NCBI GenBank assembly: GCA_038224325.1
Contig: JBBRFL010000016.1
Span: 3,076 to 67,075, forward strand
Source of the DNA: Thermoanaerobaculia bacterium
Lineage (GTDB): Bacteria > Acidobacteriota > Thermoanaerobaculia > UBA5066 > Gp7-AA6
Length of the DNA: 64,000 nucleotides
Direction of reading: 5' to 3'
The notes beneath the pieces are model-generated. The model was not told the origin of the DNA. It made no database searches and saw only the letters and a list, made by a program, of their open reading frames with translations. The translations under genes were made by a program, and so were the position numbers. How positions within the stretch are numbered: position 1 is the stretch's first letter; every line of letters starts with the position of its first letter. Positions 50,703 to 63,671 of the stretch are shown piece by piece.

Positions 50703-51695
50703 TCACCGGGTCTCGAACCCGTCCCGAAGCCAGCCCGCCGCGTCCCGCGCGTGATACGTCAGCACGAAGTCGGCCCCGGCGCGGACGATCCCGGTCAGGA
50801 TCTCGAGGACGATCCTCTTCTCGTCGATCCAGCCGCGCTCCGCCGCCGCCTTGACCATCGCGTACTCGCCGGAGACGTTGTACGCGGCGATCGGTGCGTC
50901 GAATCGCCGCCGGGCCTCGCGGATCACGTCGAGGTAGGCGAGCGCGGGCTTCACCATCACGGCGTCGGCTCCCTCCTCGAGATCGAGAGCGATCTCTCGC
51001 ATCGCCTCGCGGCGGTTGGCCGGGTCCATCTGGTAGCCGCGCCGGTCGCCGGAGTGGGGCGCGGAGTCCGCGGCCTCACGGAAGGGACCGTAGAACGCGG
51101 AGGCGGACTTGGCGGAATACGCGAGGATGGCGACCCGGGACTGATCCGCCGCGTCGAGGCCGGCCCGGATGGCGCCCACCCGACCGTCCATCATGTCCGA
51201 GGGGGCGACGACGTCGGCGCCGGCGCGCGCGTGGGACAGCGCAACCCTGGCTAAAAGCGGGAGCGTCGCGTCGTTGTCCACCTCGCCGTCGCGGAGGACA
51301 CCGCAGTGCCCGTGCGAGGTGTACTCGTCCAGGCAGACGTCCGTGATCACCAGCAGGTCGGGCGACGCCTCCTTGATCCGACGGACGCTCTCCTGCACCG
51401 CCGCGGCGTCGTCCCAGCTCTCGCTTCCCGTCTCGTCCTTGCGCTCGGGCAGGCCGAAGAGGAGGACAGCCGGAACGCCGAGGCCGCGCAGCTCCTGCGC
51501 CGAGGCGACCGCTTCGTCCGGCGAGAGGCGCTCCACACCGGGAAGGGACGCGATGGGCTCGCGCAGGCCGCGGCCGCGGCGAACGAACAGGGGCGCCACC
51601 AGCTGCTCCGGCGACACGCGGACCTCGCGGACGAGCGCGCGCGACGCGGGGCTTCGCCGCAGCCGGCGCAGTCGGGTCTCCGGATAGCGGGTCAT
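50703..51695 (-). CDS. hemB: Porphobilinogen synthase (ALA dehydratase)
   Basis: RLRRLRRS, SDMMDGRVGAIR and SAKSASAFYGPFREAADSAP motifs. Start trimmed to MTRYPETRLRRLRR. Confidence 0.92.
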   Translation of the reverse strand: MTRYPETRLRRLRRSPASRALVREVRVSPEQLVAPLFVRRGRGLREPIASLPGVERLSPDEAVASAQELRGLGVPAVLLFGLPERKDETGSESWDDAAAVQESVRRIKEASPDLLVITDVCLDEYTSHGHCGVLRDGEVDNDATLPLLARVALSHARAGADVVAPSDMMDGRVGAIRAGLDAADQSRVAILAYSAKSASAFYGPFREAADSAPHSGDRRGYQMDPANRREAMREIALDLEEGADAVMVKPALAYLDVIREARRRFDAPIAAYNVSGEYAMVKAAAERGWIDEKRIVLEILTGIVRAGADFVLTYHARDAAGWLRDGFETR

Positions 51696-51708
51696 GAGTG
51701 CCCGCAGA

Positions 51709-52455
51709 CTATTGCCCGACGCCCTCGCCCGCAAGCTCTTCGAGCAGGCGAGCGGCGGCGTCGAACCGGGGCTCCTCCGCGACTGCGATGCGCGCGACTC
51801 CGTGCGACTCCAGGTAGCGGCGCGTGTAGCGACCCAGCACGACGGCGGGCGTCTCCTTGAGCCGCTCCGCCGCAGCCACGGGAAGCCCGCGGAAGAGCCA
51901 CGTCGCGGCGGAGGGAGACGTCACGCAGAACGCCATGAAGGGCCGCTGCAAGATCTGACGGCCGAGCTCCTCGTCGGCCGGAACCGGAACCTTTCGGTAC
52001 ACGGCGACCTTGCTCACGGCGGCCCCGCGCCGCGTCAGCGCCGCGGCGAGCTCTGGCGTCGCGTCTTCCGCGCAGGGATAGAGGACGTGAAACCTCTCGA
52101 GCGCCGCGGGAAGGTGGTCGAGAACGGATTCGCCCGAGCCCTTGGCGACGACGTCCGGCGGCAGGCCGAGCCGTCGCAGGGAGCTCTCCGTGGCGCCGCC
52201 CACGGCGACAACGCGCCCGCCGGATGCGGCCGCCCGCAGCAGCGGCGCCAGGCGGTCATCGGACAGGACTCGCTCGACCGTGACCTGGCTCGTGAAGAGA
52301 GTCAGGTCGGCGTGGCGCTCGAAGGCGGACGGCGGCACTTCCAGCGGTTCGATCGAGTGGCTCACGCGCTCGACGATCTCCAGGTTCGATTCCGCGGGGA
52401 GGCGCGCGAAGGGGTTCGCTCCGGAGCGGACGACCAGCACGCGCGGCCCGCTCAT
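51709..52455 (-). CDS. hemD: Uroporphyrinogen-III synthase
   Basis: Position between hemC and hemB. VLVVRSGANPF...LTLFTSQVTVERVL pattern. ATGA overlap with hemC. Confidence 0.72.
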   Translation of the reverse strand: MSGPRVLVVRSGANPFARLPAESNLEIVERVSHSIEPLEVPPSAFERHADLTLFTSQVTVERVLSDDRLAPLLRAAASGGRVVAVGGATESSLRRLGLPPDVVAKGSGESVLDHLPAALERFHVLYPCAEDATPELAAALTRRGAAVSKVAVYRKVPVPADEELGRQILQRPFMAFCVTSPSAATWLFRGLPVAAAERLKETPAVVLGRYTRRYLESHGVARIAVAEEPRFDAAARLLEELAGEGVGQ

Positions 52456-53357
52456 CGGGAGGCCCGCGCGATCCACTCCGCGGCCCCCCGCGCGAGCAGG
52501 CGCTCGGCGAGCTCTCTCCCGACGGCCTCGGCCGCTTCGGCCCGCCCCTCCGCCTCGTCCCGGATCACTCGGGAGCCATCCTCGGCGAAAACCGCGCCCT
52601 CCATCCGGAGATTCCCCTCCCGGACGCGGGCCCGGGCGGCGACGGGCCCCCGGCATCCCGCCTCGAGCCGGGCGAGGAACGCGCGCTCCGCGAGAACTTC
52701 CCGATGCGAGGCCGGGTGATCCATCTCCCGGAGCGCCCCCCGAGTCTGCGAATCCGCCTCCCGCGCGACGATCGCGAGCGCTCCCTGCCCGACCGCCGGA
52801 AGCATCACCGAGGCGTCGAAGATTTCCGCGATCTCGCCCAGCCGGTTGAGGCGCGAGAGGCCTGCCCGGGCGAGCACGATCGCGTCCCAGCGTCCCTCCC
52901 GCAACCGGCGGATCCGGGTGTCCACGTTTCCTCGGGCCTCTTCGACGACGAGGTCCGGCCGCGCGGCGAGGACCTGGGCGCGCCGGCGCGGACTGGATGT
53001 TCCCACTCGCGCCCCCGGAGCGAGCTCTCCCAGGGTCCGGCCCTCCCGGGAGACGAGAACGTCGCTCGGATCCTCGCGCTCGGGGACCGCGGTGAGGACG
53101 AGCCCGGCCGGGATCGCCGACGGCACGTCCTTGAGGCTGTGGACCGCCAGGTCGATCCGGGAGTCGAGCAAGGCTTCGTCCAGCTCCCGCGTGAAGTCTC
53201 CCTTCCAGGAGATCGGCTTTCCGGACCCGGAGAGGCGATCCCCCGTCGTCCTCACCGTCACGAGCTCGACCTCGTTGGGGCCGGCGAGCGCGCTCCGGAC
53301 AATCTCCGCCTGCGCCATCGAGAGCGCGCTGCCGCGCGCGCCCAGACGGAGCCTCAT
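52452..53357 (-). CDS. hemC: Hydroxymethylbilane synthase (porphobilinogen deaminase)
   Basis: RLRLGARGSALSMAQAEIV and GNVDTRIRRL motifs, plus the cofactor-binding Cys (LEAGCRGPVAA). Confidence 0.9.
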   Translation of the reverse strand: MRLRLGARGSALSMAQAEIVRSALAGPNEVELVTVRTTGDRLSGSGKPISWKGDFTRELDEALLDSRIDLAVHSLKDVPSAIPAGLVLTAVPEREDPSDVLVSREGRTLGELAPGARVGTSSPRRRAQVLAARPDLVVEEARGNVDTRIRRLREGRWDAIVLARAGLSRLNRLGEIAEIFDASVMLPAVGQGALAIVAREADSQTRGALREMDHPASHREVLAERAFLARLEAGCRGPVAARARVREGNLRMEGAVFAEDGSRVIRDEAEGRAEAAEAVGRELAERLLARGAAEWIARASR

Positions 53358-54613
53358 CGGTCCAGGTCGAAGAGGTGGCGGATCGCCTCGACGCGGTCGA
53401 GCTTTCGGGAGGCGTCGGTCTCCGACTTCAGCCGCCGCAACGGCTCGTGAAGGAGCTTGGACGCGATCGCGTCGGCGAAGGCGCGGAAGCGCTCGCGGTC
53501 TTCGCCGGGGAGGCGGGAGAGCTCCGCGTCGCGGAGGGACGCCAGGCGCGCCTGGAGATCCGTGAGCGTCGGGACGACGGCGAGATTTCCGAACCAGCCG
53601 AGGAAACGGCCCAGCTCCTCCTCGAGGATCGCCTCCGCCCGCGGGACCTCGCGGCCGCGCCGCCGCCGGTTCTCCTCCGCCGCGCCCTCCAGCTCCTCGA
53701 GACCGTACGAGTAGACGTTGTAGATCTCCGCGACCGCCGGGTCGATGTCCCGTGGCACGGCCAGGTCCAGGAAGAACATCGGCTTGCCGCGCCGCCGCCG
53801 CATCGCTTCCTCGACGTGCTCGCGCCGCACGATGGACCCGGGGCTCGCCGTCGCGCCGACCACGACATCCGCCTCGGGCAGCAACTCGGAGAGGCCCTCC
53901 CACGCGACGCAGCGGCCTCCGACCCGGCGAGCCAGCTCCTCCGCCCGCCCGGGAGTGCGGTTGGCGATGCGGATGTCGCGCACGCCGGCCTCCACCGCCT
54001 GCTGCGCGAAAAGAGTGCCGGTCTCCCCCGCTCCGATCACCAGCACCGTCTGGTCCGCCATGTCGCCGAAGATCTTCGTGGCCAGACCGAAGCCGATCGA
54101 CGCGACCGAGAGCGGGTGTCGGGAGATTTCGGTCTCCGTCCGCACGCGCTTTCCCGCGGCGACCGCGTTCTCGAAGAGGCGATGGAGCACCGCGCGCGAG
54201 AATCCGGTCTCCCGGGCCAGTCGGAGCGCGGTGCGCACCTGGCCGAGCACCTCGCTCTCCCCGAGCGCCATCGAGTCGAGACCCGCCGCGACCCGGAAGA
54301 GATGGCGGACCGCCTCCGCACCCTCGCTGTAGAAGCTCGACCGCGCCGCCTCCCCGACGTCGACCCCGCGCCACTCCGCGATCAAGCGGGTCAGCTCGCG
54401 GTCGGTCCCGTCGCCCTCCGCGATCCCGTAGATCTCGCTGCGGTGGCAGGTCGCGACGATCACGCCCTCGCTCATCAGGCCGCGCCCGCGGATCCGCTCG
54501 AGCGCCTCCCGTACCTCCTCGCCCGTCCAGGCGATGCGCTCGCGCACCGACGCCGCGCCCGACCGGAAGTTCCAGCCGAGCACGAGGAGGCGGCCTTCGC
54601 TCGCCCCGCTCAT
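53354..54613 (-). CDS. hemA: Glutamyl-tRNA reductase
   Basis: VIVATCHRSEIY and NAD-binding VLVIGAGETG motifs. ATGA overlaps on both sides. Confidence 0.9.
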   Translation of the reverse strand: MSGASEGRLLVLGWNFRSGAASVRERIAWTGEEVREALERIRGRGLMSEGVIVATCHRSEIYGIAEGDGTDRELTRLIAEWRGVDVGEAARSSFYSEGAEAVRHLFRVAAGLDSMALGESEVLGQVRTALRLARETGFSRAVLHRLFENAVAAGKRVRTETEISRHPLSVASIGFGLATKIFGDMADQTVLVIGAGETGTLFAQQAVEAGVRDIRIANRTPGRAEELARRVGGRCVAWEGLSELLPEADVVVGATASPGSIVRREHVEEAMRRRRGKPMFFLDLAVPRDIDPAVAEIYNVYSYGLEELEGAAEENRRRRGREVPRAEAILEEELGRFLGWFGNLAVVPTLTDLQARLASLRDAELSRLPGEDRERFRAFADAIASKLLHEPLRRLKSETDASRKLDRVEAIRHLFDLDR

Positions 54614-55419
54614 CGGAAGCTGTGCACGCGGGTGAAGTAGAGGTTCACGACTGTGTACGAGAAGATCACGACACCGAATCCGAAGATCGACAGGACGGCG
54701 ACGCGGGGGCCCTCCCAGCCGCGGCGGTCCATCCACAGCAGGAATCCGTACACCGCCAGGGTCAGGGCCGCCCACTCGACCTTCGGGTCCGCGAGCGTGC
54801 TCCAGACCCGTTCCGCCCAGACGACGCCCAGCACGAGCGACAGGGTGAGGACGGCCAGGCCGACCGAGACGCTCGTGCGGTTCATCCGTCCGATGACCTC
54901 CAGCGCGGGCAGGCGGGAGAACAGCAGCCCGGTTCGCCGTCGGCGGATCTGGCGATTCTGAACCAGGTACAAGACCGAGAGCACGAAGGAGAACGTGAAC
55001 GCCGCGTAGGCGAGGATCGCCAGTGTGACGTGCAGGGCGAACACGGAGCCATAAGTGCCCGGCGACGTCCCCGACGCGGCGTCGGGGAGCAGCAGCCCGG
55101 CCGCGGTCGCGAGGACCACCATCGGAATGAGGAACGCTCCCATCGAGCGCTCCCGGTGGCGGACGAGCAGAACGAGGTACGCGATTCCCAGCATCCATCC
55201 GAAGAGCGACACCGATCCGCCGAGTGTCCGATACGGGACCGAGCCGAGCTCGCGCGCGCGGCGCATGAGATCGCCGAAATGGAGCGCGAGGCCGGCCGCG
55301 ATCCATACAGGCGTCAGGCGCGGCCAGGACGCGCGAGGAGCCATCAGCGTTGCGATGGCAAATCCTTCCGCGCCGAGGTAGCACAGCAGCGCGAGCCCTC
55401 CGAGGACGTGTGGAACCAT
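54610..55419 (-). CDS. CcsA/ResC-like cytochrome c assembly family membrane protein (HemX-like) heading the hemA operon
   Basis: Polytopic, 269 aa, with a W-rich region (VVWAERVWSTLADPKVEWAALTLAVYGFLLWMD). Sits immediately upstream of hemA with an ATGA overlap, analogous to B. subtilis hemX. Confidence 0.65.
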   Translation of the reverse strand: MVPHVLGGLALLCYLGAEGFAIATLMAPRASWPRLTPVWIAAGLALHFGDLMRRARELGSVPYRTLGGSVSLFGWMLGIAYLVLLVRHRERSMGAFLIPMVVLATAAGLLLPDAASGTSPGTYGSVFALHVTLAILAYAAFTFSFVLSVLYLVQNRQIRRRRTGLLFSRLPALEVIGRMNRTSVSVGLAVLTLSLVLGVVWAERVWSTLADPKVEWAALTLAVYGFLLWMDRRGWEGPRVAVLSIFGFGVVIFSYTVVNLYFTRVHSFR

Positions 55420-55467
55420 GGGCGCGCGGATTTTATCAGCCAGGAGAGGCCGTAATACGATAGCCCG
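55420..55467. promoter_or_regulatory. 48-bp divergent control region between the two heme operons (ccsA-like-hemACDBL on one side and acnA-hemENHY on the other)
   Basis: GGCGCGCGGATTTTATCAGCCAGGAGAGGCCGTAATACGATAGCCCG. Locally AT-rich elements (GATTTTATCAG, GTAATACGATAG) lie between start codons on opposite strands. Confidence 0.3.
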
Positions 55468-58295
<2,828 letters not shown>

Positions 58296-58299
<4 letters not shown>

Positions 58300-59372
58300 C
58301 GGACCCCGGTTCCCCCTCGGCGGACCGTCTCCTCTCGGCTTGCGGCGCGCGCCCGGTCGACCGGCCTCCCGTTTGGATGATGCGGCAGGCGGGACGCTAC
58401 CTGCCGGAGTATCGGGAGGTCCGCCAGCGCGTCTCCTTCCTCGAGCTTTGCCGATCGGTTGAGCTCGCGACGGAGGTCTCGCTGCAGCCCTTCCGCCGAT
58501 TCGCGCCGGACGCCGTGATCTTCTTTTCCGACATCCTCGTTCCGGCCGCCGCCATGGGAGCGCGCGTCGAGTTCGGCGACGGAGGCCCCGAGCTTCCCGA
58601 GCCGGTCCGCGACGCCTCGGGAGTCGAGCGCCTCCACCGGTTCGACCCCGCGGCCGAGATCGGATTCACGGGCGAAATCCTCCGGGCGCTGCGCCGGGAG
58701 GTTGGTGACCGGGCCGCGGTGCTGGGCTTCTGCGGCGCGCCCTGGACGCTCGCCTCCTACCTGGTAGAGGGCGGCGGGTCCAAGAGCTTCGCGCGCATCA
58801 AGGAAATGATGGGGCGCGATCGCGCCTGCCTCCGCGGGCTTCTCGATCTCCTGGCGGACGTAGCCGCCGACGTGCTCTCTTTCCAGATCGCCTCCGGCGC
58901 GCAGGCGGTGCAGCTTTTCGACACCTGGGCCGGCGAGCTGACCGAGGAGGACTACCGCGAATGGGCGCTGCCGGCCCTCGCTCGCGCGATCGCGGGCATC
59001 CGCCGCGCGGAGGCTCCCGTTCTCCTCTACGTCAACGGCTGCGGGCACCTCCTCGAAGCGATGGCCGAATCGGGCGCGGACGTCCTCTCGATCGACTGGC
59101 GCACGAGCCTGCGGGAAGCGCGGCGGCGGCTGCCGGGAAAACCCCTCCAGGGGAACCTCGATCCGGGGCTGCTGCTCGGAACCCCCGAGGAGGTCGCGCG
59201 CCGGACCCGGGCCGCCGTCGCGCAGACCCGGGGACAGGCGCATGTCGTCAACCTCGGGCACGGGATCCTTCCCGGTTCCCGGCTGGAGTGCGTCGAGGCG
59301 CTCTTTTCCGCCGCGCGCGAGCCCCTCGCGGCGCCGCCGGTGGCGGCGCCCGCCACGAGCGCGGCCCGATGA
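58296..59372 (+). CDS. hemE: Uroporphyrinogen decarboxylase
   Basis: [21 protein letters not shown] overlap with the acnA stop. Confidence 0.92.
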
Positions 59373-60751
59373 ATCCCGGCGAGGTTCCCCTCGAGCTCTT
59401 GCGGCGCTACAACGTTCCGGGGCCGCGCTACACCTCGTATCCGACCGCGCCCATGTGGAAGGACGACTTCGCGGCGGCGGACTACGGCCGCGCGCTGGAG
59501 GAGTCGGGCTCCGCGGCGTCTCCCGCGCCGCTCTCGCTCTACGTGCACCTGCCCTTCTGCGAAAGGCTCTGCTACTTCTGCGGCTGCACGGTGGTGATCA
59601 CCGGGACCCGCCACGCGCCGGAGTCGGACTACCTCGATGTTCTCGAGCGCGAGATCGACTGGGTCGCCGAGCGCGCCGGGGCGGCCCGCACGGCCGTCCA
59701 GCTCCACTGGGGCGGCGGCACGCCGACCTATTTTCCGCCGCCCCTGCTCGAGCGGCTCGGGCGACGCATCTTCGACCGCTTCGCGTTCGCGGCCGACGCC
59801 GAAATCGGCGTCGAGGTGGATCCCCGGGTCACCACCTCGGAGCACCTCGAGACCCTCGCGAGGCTGGGCTTCAACCGCCTCAGCATGGGCGTGCAGGATT
59901 TCGACCCGCGGGTCCAGGCGGCGATCAACCGCATCCAGCCCTACGAGCAGACCCGCGGGCTGGTCGAGTCGGCTCGCGGCCTGGGATTCACCAGCCTGAA
60001 CATCGACCTGATCTACGGTCTGCCCCACCAGACGCCGGAGAGCTTCTCCGCGACCATCGACCGCGTGCTCGAGATCGCCCCCGACCGCCTCGCGGTTTAT
60101 TCCTACGCCAACGTGCCCTGGATGAAGAAGCACCAGAGCGTGCTCGTCCCGGACCTGCCCGCCGAGCAGACGAAGTTCGAGATCTTCCGCCGCGCGCTGT
60201 CGCGGTTCACCGCCGCGGGATTCGAATACATCGGGATGGACCACTTCGCCCGGCCGGACGACGAGCTGGCCCGCGCCCGGCGCGATCGCACGCTTCACCG
60301 CAACTTCCAGGGATACACGACGAAGGCCGGGACCGACCTCATCGGCTTCGGGATGAGCGCCATCGGCTCGATCGGCGCTCACTACGTGCAGAACCGGCGC
60401 GAGCTGCCGGCGTACCGGGAGGCCGTCGCGGACGGCGGAGCGGCGACGTTCCGCGGCTTGCGACTCTCCGGCGACGATCTGCTGCGCCGCACCATCATCG
60501 GAAATCTGCTCTGTCACGGCATCGTCGTCAAGGCCGAGATCGAGGAGCGGTTCGCCCTCGATTTCGACGCCCACTTCGCGGACGCCCTCGATAAGCTCCG
60601 GTCTTGCGCCGCGGACGGGCTGGTCGAGCTCACGCCGGGTGAAATCCGCGCCACCGGGTTAGGGCGGATCTTCCTCCGCAACCTCGCGATGCCGTTCGAC
60701 GCCTACCTCGACGCGGGACGCGAGCAACCCGTCTTCTCGCGGACCCTGTAG
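59369..60751 (+). CDS. hemN: Oxygen-independent coproporphyrinogen III oxidase (radical SAM)
   Basis: CERLCYFCGC radical-SAM cluster motif in a HemN-length protein of 460 aa. ATGA overlap with the hemE stop. Confidence 0.88.
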   Translation: MNPGEVPLELLRRYNVPGPRYTSYPTAPMWKDDFAAADYGRALEESGSAASPAPLSLYVHLPFCERLCYFCGCTVVITGTRHAPESDYLDVLEREIDWVAERAGAARTAVQLHWGGGTPTYFPPPLLERLGRRIFDRFAFAADAEIGVEVDPRVTTSEHLETLARLGFNRLSMGVQDFDPRVQAAINRIQPYEQTRGLVESARGLGFTSLNIDLIYGLPHQTPESFSATIDRVLEIAPDRLAVYSYANVPWMKKHQSVLVPDLPAEQTKFEIFRRALSRFTAAGFEYIGMDHFARPDDELARARRDRTLHRNFQGYTTKAGTDLIGFGMSAIGSIGAHYVQNRRELPAYREAVADGGAATFRGLRLSGDDLLRRTIIGNLLCHGIVVKAEIEERFALDFDAHFADALDKLRSCAADGLVELTPGEIRATGLGRIFLRNLAMPFDAYLDAGREQPVFSRTL

Positions 60752-60753
60752 CG

Positions 60754-61773
60754 ATGCCCCGGCCAGGCGCCCGTCCGATGATGCCCGCCGGGCCCGCTCG
60801 CGCCATCCTCTTTCTCCAGCTCGGCGGGCCCGAGACCCTCGACGACGTTCCGGGGTTCCTGTATCGGCTCTTCTCGGATCCCGACGTCATTCGCGTGCGG
60901 CCCGCGCTTCTCCGGAAGGCCATCGCCGCCGCGATCGCGCTGGGCCGTCAGAAGGCTTCGCGCGCGCTCTACGCGTCGATCGGCGGCGGCTCGCCCATCC
61001 GCCGCCTGACCGACCAGCAGGCCGCGGGAACGGAGCGACTCCTCCGCGAGGAGGGGCGGGACGTCGCCGTCCGAACCGCGATGACCTGCTCGCCTCCGTT
61101 CGTCGAGAGCGTGGTCGAGGAGCTCGCGGAGGCAGGAGTGCGGCGCTTCCTGGCCTTCCCGCTCTACCCGCAGTACTCCACGACCACCACCCGGGGAGCC
61201 CTGCAGCGCAGCCGAGACGCGGTGCGCCGCTACGCTCCCGGCGCCACGCTCGCGGAGATCGGCTCCTGGCCGACGCACCCGCTGTTCGTCCAGGCGCACG
61301 CGGAGTCGATCGTCGAGGAGCTCGCCCGCTTTCCGGATCCGCGGGCGGAGTCCACCCACCTGCTGTTCTCGGCGCATTCGATTCCGAAGAAGCTCGTCAC
61401 GCGGCACGGGGACCCGTACCCCGTGGAAGTCGAGGCGAGCATCCGCGCGATCCGCGAGCGGCTCGCGTGGCGCGGACCCTCGACGCTCGCCTACCAGTCC
61501 AAGCTCGGCCCAGTCGAATGGCTGGGCCCGCCGACCCTTCAGGTCATCCGCGAGCTCGGACGGAGCGGCCAGGCGCAGGTCCTCGTCGTCCCCATCGCCT
61601 TCGTGACCGACCACGTCGAGACGCTCCAGGAGATCGATCAGCTCTTCGCCGACGCGGCGCGAGCGGCGGGGATCGCGCACTTCCGCCGGACGCCCGGGCT
61701 GAACGACCGCCCGACGTTCCTCCGGGCGCTCGCGGACCTCGCGCGCTCGGCCGAGCCGTTCTGGAGCGAGTGA
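60754..61773 (+). CDS. hemH: Ferrochelatase
   Basis: ILFLQLGGPETLDDVPGFLYRLFSDPDVI plus a C-terminal metal-binding His/Glu region (FSAHSIP, VTDHVETL). Confidence 0.9.
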   Translation: MPRPGARPMMPAGPARAILFLQLGGPETLDDVPGFLYRLFSDPDVIRVRPALLRKAIAAAIALGRQKASRALYASIGGGSPIRRLTDQQAAGTERLLREEGRDVAVRTAMTCSPPFVESVVEELAEAGVRRFLAFPLYPQYSTTTTRGALQRSRDAVRRYAPGATLAEIGSWPTHPLFVQAHAESIVEELARFPDPRAESTHLLFSAHSIPKKLVTRHGDPYPVEVEASIRAIRERLAWRGPSTLAYQSKLGPVEWLGPPTLQVIRELGRSGQAQVLVVPIAFVTDHVETLQEIDQLFADAARAAGIAHFRRTPGLNDRPTFLRALADLARSAEPFWSE

Positions 61774-63104
61774 GCGGACGGACCATCGTCGTCGGCGGCG
61801 GCCTCTCGGGCCTGGCCGCGGCGTACGCGCTCTCTCGCCGCGGAGAGGAGTTCGTGCTCCTCGAGTCGTCGGATCGGCCGGGCGGTGTGGTGCGGAGCCA
61901 ACGGGATCGCGGCTTCCTCCTGGAGCTAGGCCCCAACACGGTCCGGCCGACCGCGCCGCTGTGGGGACTCATCGAGGAGCTCGGGCTCGCGGGCGAGGCT
62001 CTTCGAACGGACCCGAAGAGCCCCCGGTACGTCGACTTCGACGGAGAGCTGCACGAGGTGCCGATGTCGCTCGGGGGCTTCGCCGCGACCCGCCTCCTCT
62101 CGCCCGGGGGGAAGCTTCGCCTCCTCGCCGAGCCGTTCGTCCGCCGCGGAACGGATCCGGACGAGAGCGTCCGCGACTTCGTCACCCGAAGGCTGGGAGC
62201 GCAGGTTGCCGACCGGCTCGTCGAACCGTTCGTCGCGGGAATCTTCGCGGGCGACTGGTCGCGGCTCTCGGCCGCGGCCGCCTTCCCCGCTCTGCTCCGC
62301 TCCGAGCGGGAGCACGGGAGCCTCCTCGCCGGTGCGATCGCCGGGCGCCCTGCGCGTCGCCGCGCCCGCGAGACGGCGCCGGCGCGCGGCCTCCTCTCGT
62401 TCCGAGACGGCCTGGAGACGCTGCCCCGCGTTCTCGCGCGGCGCCTCGGCTCCTCGATGCGCGCGGGAGTCGGCGCGATGTCCCTCGCTCCACGAGCCGG
62501 AGGATGGTCCGTCGCGGCCGGGGCCGAGGAGCTGCGGGCGGAACGCGTCGTGCTGGCGGCTCCGGCTCATGTCGCCTCTATGCTCATTTCCCCCTTCGCG
62601 CCGGATGCGGGGCGCGCGCTGCGGGAGATTCCCCATCCTCCCCTGGCGGTCGTCCACCTGTCGTGGCCGGAGGCCTCGATGCGAGGGCCTCGGCGGGGCT
62701 TCGGACACCTCGTGGCCCCGGGGGGATCGCGCCGGATCCTCGGGGCCGTGTGGAGCTCGAGCCTCTTCCCGGGCCGCGCCCCGGAGGGCCGGTCCCTCCT
62801 GACCGTCTTTCTCGGCGGGACCCGCGACCCCTCGGCGCCCTCGCTGTCGGATGCCGCGCTCATCGACGCCGCGGCGCGCGACCTCGAGTCGGAGGGACTC
62901 GTGCGGGGCGCTCCGGATCCAGTTCGCGTCACCCGATGGGAGCACGCGATCCCGCAGTACGACCGGGGCCACGCCGGCCGAATGGAGGTCCTGGCCGAGA
63001 CCGAGAGGCGGATGCCGGGCCTGCTCTTCGCGGGCAACTATCGGGACGGAGTCTCGGTTGCCGACGTCATCCGCTCCGGGCTCGCGGCGGGCGCCGGCCC
63101 CTGA
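61770..63104 (+). CDS. hemY: Protoporphyrinogen oxidase (HemY-type, FAD-dependent)
   Basis: GTG start overlapping the hemH stop (GTGA). Rossmann VVGGGLSGLAAAYAL...LLESSDRPGG. Confidence 0.8.
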   Translation: MSGRTIVVGGGLSGLAAAYALSRRGEEFVLLESSDRPGGVVRSQRDRGFLLELGPNTVRPTAPLWGLIEELGLAGEALRTDPKSPRYVDFDGELHEVPMSLGGFAATRLLSPGGKLRLLAEPFVRRGTDPDESVRDFVTRRLGAQVADRLVEPFVAGIFAGDWSRLSAAAAFPALLRSEREHGSLLAGAIAGRPARRRARETAPARGLLSFRDGLETLPRVLARRLGSSMRAGVGAMSLAPRAGGWSVAAGAEELRAERVVLAAPAHVASMLISPFAPDAGRALREIPHPPLAVVHLSWPEASMRGPRRGFGHLVAPGGSRRILGAVWSSSLFPGRAPEGRSLLTVFLGGTRDPSAPSLSDAALIDAAARDLESEGLVRGAPDPVRVTRWEHAIPQYDRGHAGRMEVLAETERRMPGLLFAGNYRDGVSVADVIRSGLAAGAGP

Positions 63105-63632
63105 TCACGGATGCTCGTGGTCGGAATCGCCGTCCGACTTCAAAGCCTTCTGCTCCTCCGCGGTCAGCCGCGGCAGCTGCCGCACGACCGACACGATCTT
63201 CCAGATCTCCTCGTCCTTGTGGGTCGGCCCGAAGGCCGGCATCCCGGACATCCGAATTCCGTTCTGGATGATCCAGAAGAGCTCCCCGTCCGTTCGCTGC
63301 TGGATGCGGGCGAGTGTCAGGTCGGGAGCCGGGGGGTTCAGCCCCTCGCCCGCCTCCGACGCATCGACGCCCGGAGCGCCGTGGCAGAAGACGCACATCT
63401 CCTTGTAGTGGGCCATCCCCCCGCGCGCCGCGTCCGGGTTGCCCGAGAACGGATTGGCCGCCTTCGGGGCCCGGCGTGCGACCGATCGATCCAGGGCCAT
63501 TCCCGCGAGGCGCTTCTCCAGAGTGCTCGGAGGGACGTTGGCCGACGTGTTGAACGACCCCGTCGCGACGACCGCAGCGGCAGCCAGCCCGAGGAGCAGG
63601 AATCCGGTGATCAATCCCGTCAGAAACTTCAT
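63105..63632 (-). CDS. Membrane-anchored monoheme c-type cytochrome (class I)
   Basis: N-terminal hydrophobic anchor, heme-binding CVFCHG and distal Met region (SGMPAFG). Convergent with and adjacent to the hemY stop. Confidence 0.7.
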   Translation of the reverse strand: MKFLTGLITGFLLLGLAAAAVVATGSFNTSANVPPSTLEKRLAGMALDRSVARRAPKAANPFSGNPDAARGGMAHYKEMCVFCHGAPGVDASEAGEGLNPPAPDLTLARIQQRTDGELFWIIQNGIRMSGMPAFGPTHKDEEIWKIVSVVRQLPRLTAEEQKALKSDGDSDHEHP

Positions 63633-63671
63633 GAGAACCTCCTCGCCATCTTCCGGCGAATGCTAGTCATT

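Noticed and set aside
55420-55467. Fur or Irr box in the divergent heme promoter
   Set aside because: The AT-rich stretches do not convincingly match GATAATGATAATCATTATC or the ICE motif by eye. Left as an open question rather than a call.
58961-60751. 596-aa hemN ORF with a 136-aa N-terminal extension
   Set aside because: The extension is R/G/P junk overlapping hemE. HemN starts at MNPGEV (59369) with an ATGA overlap.
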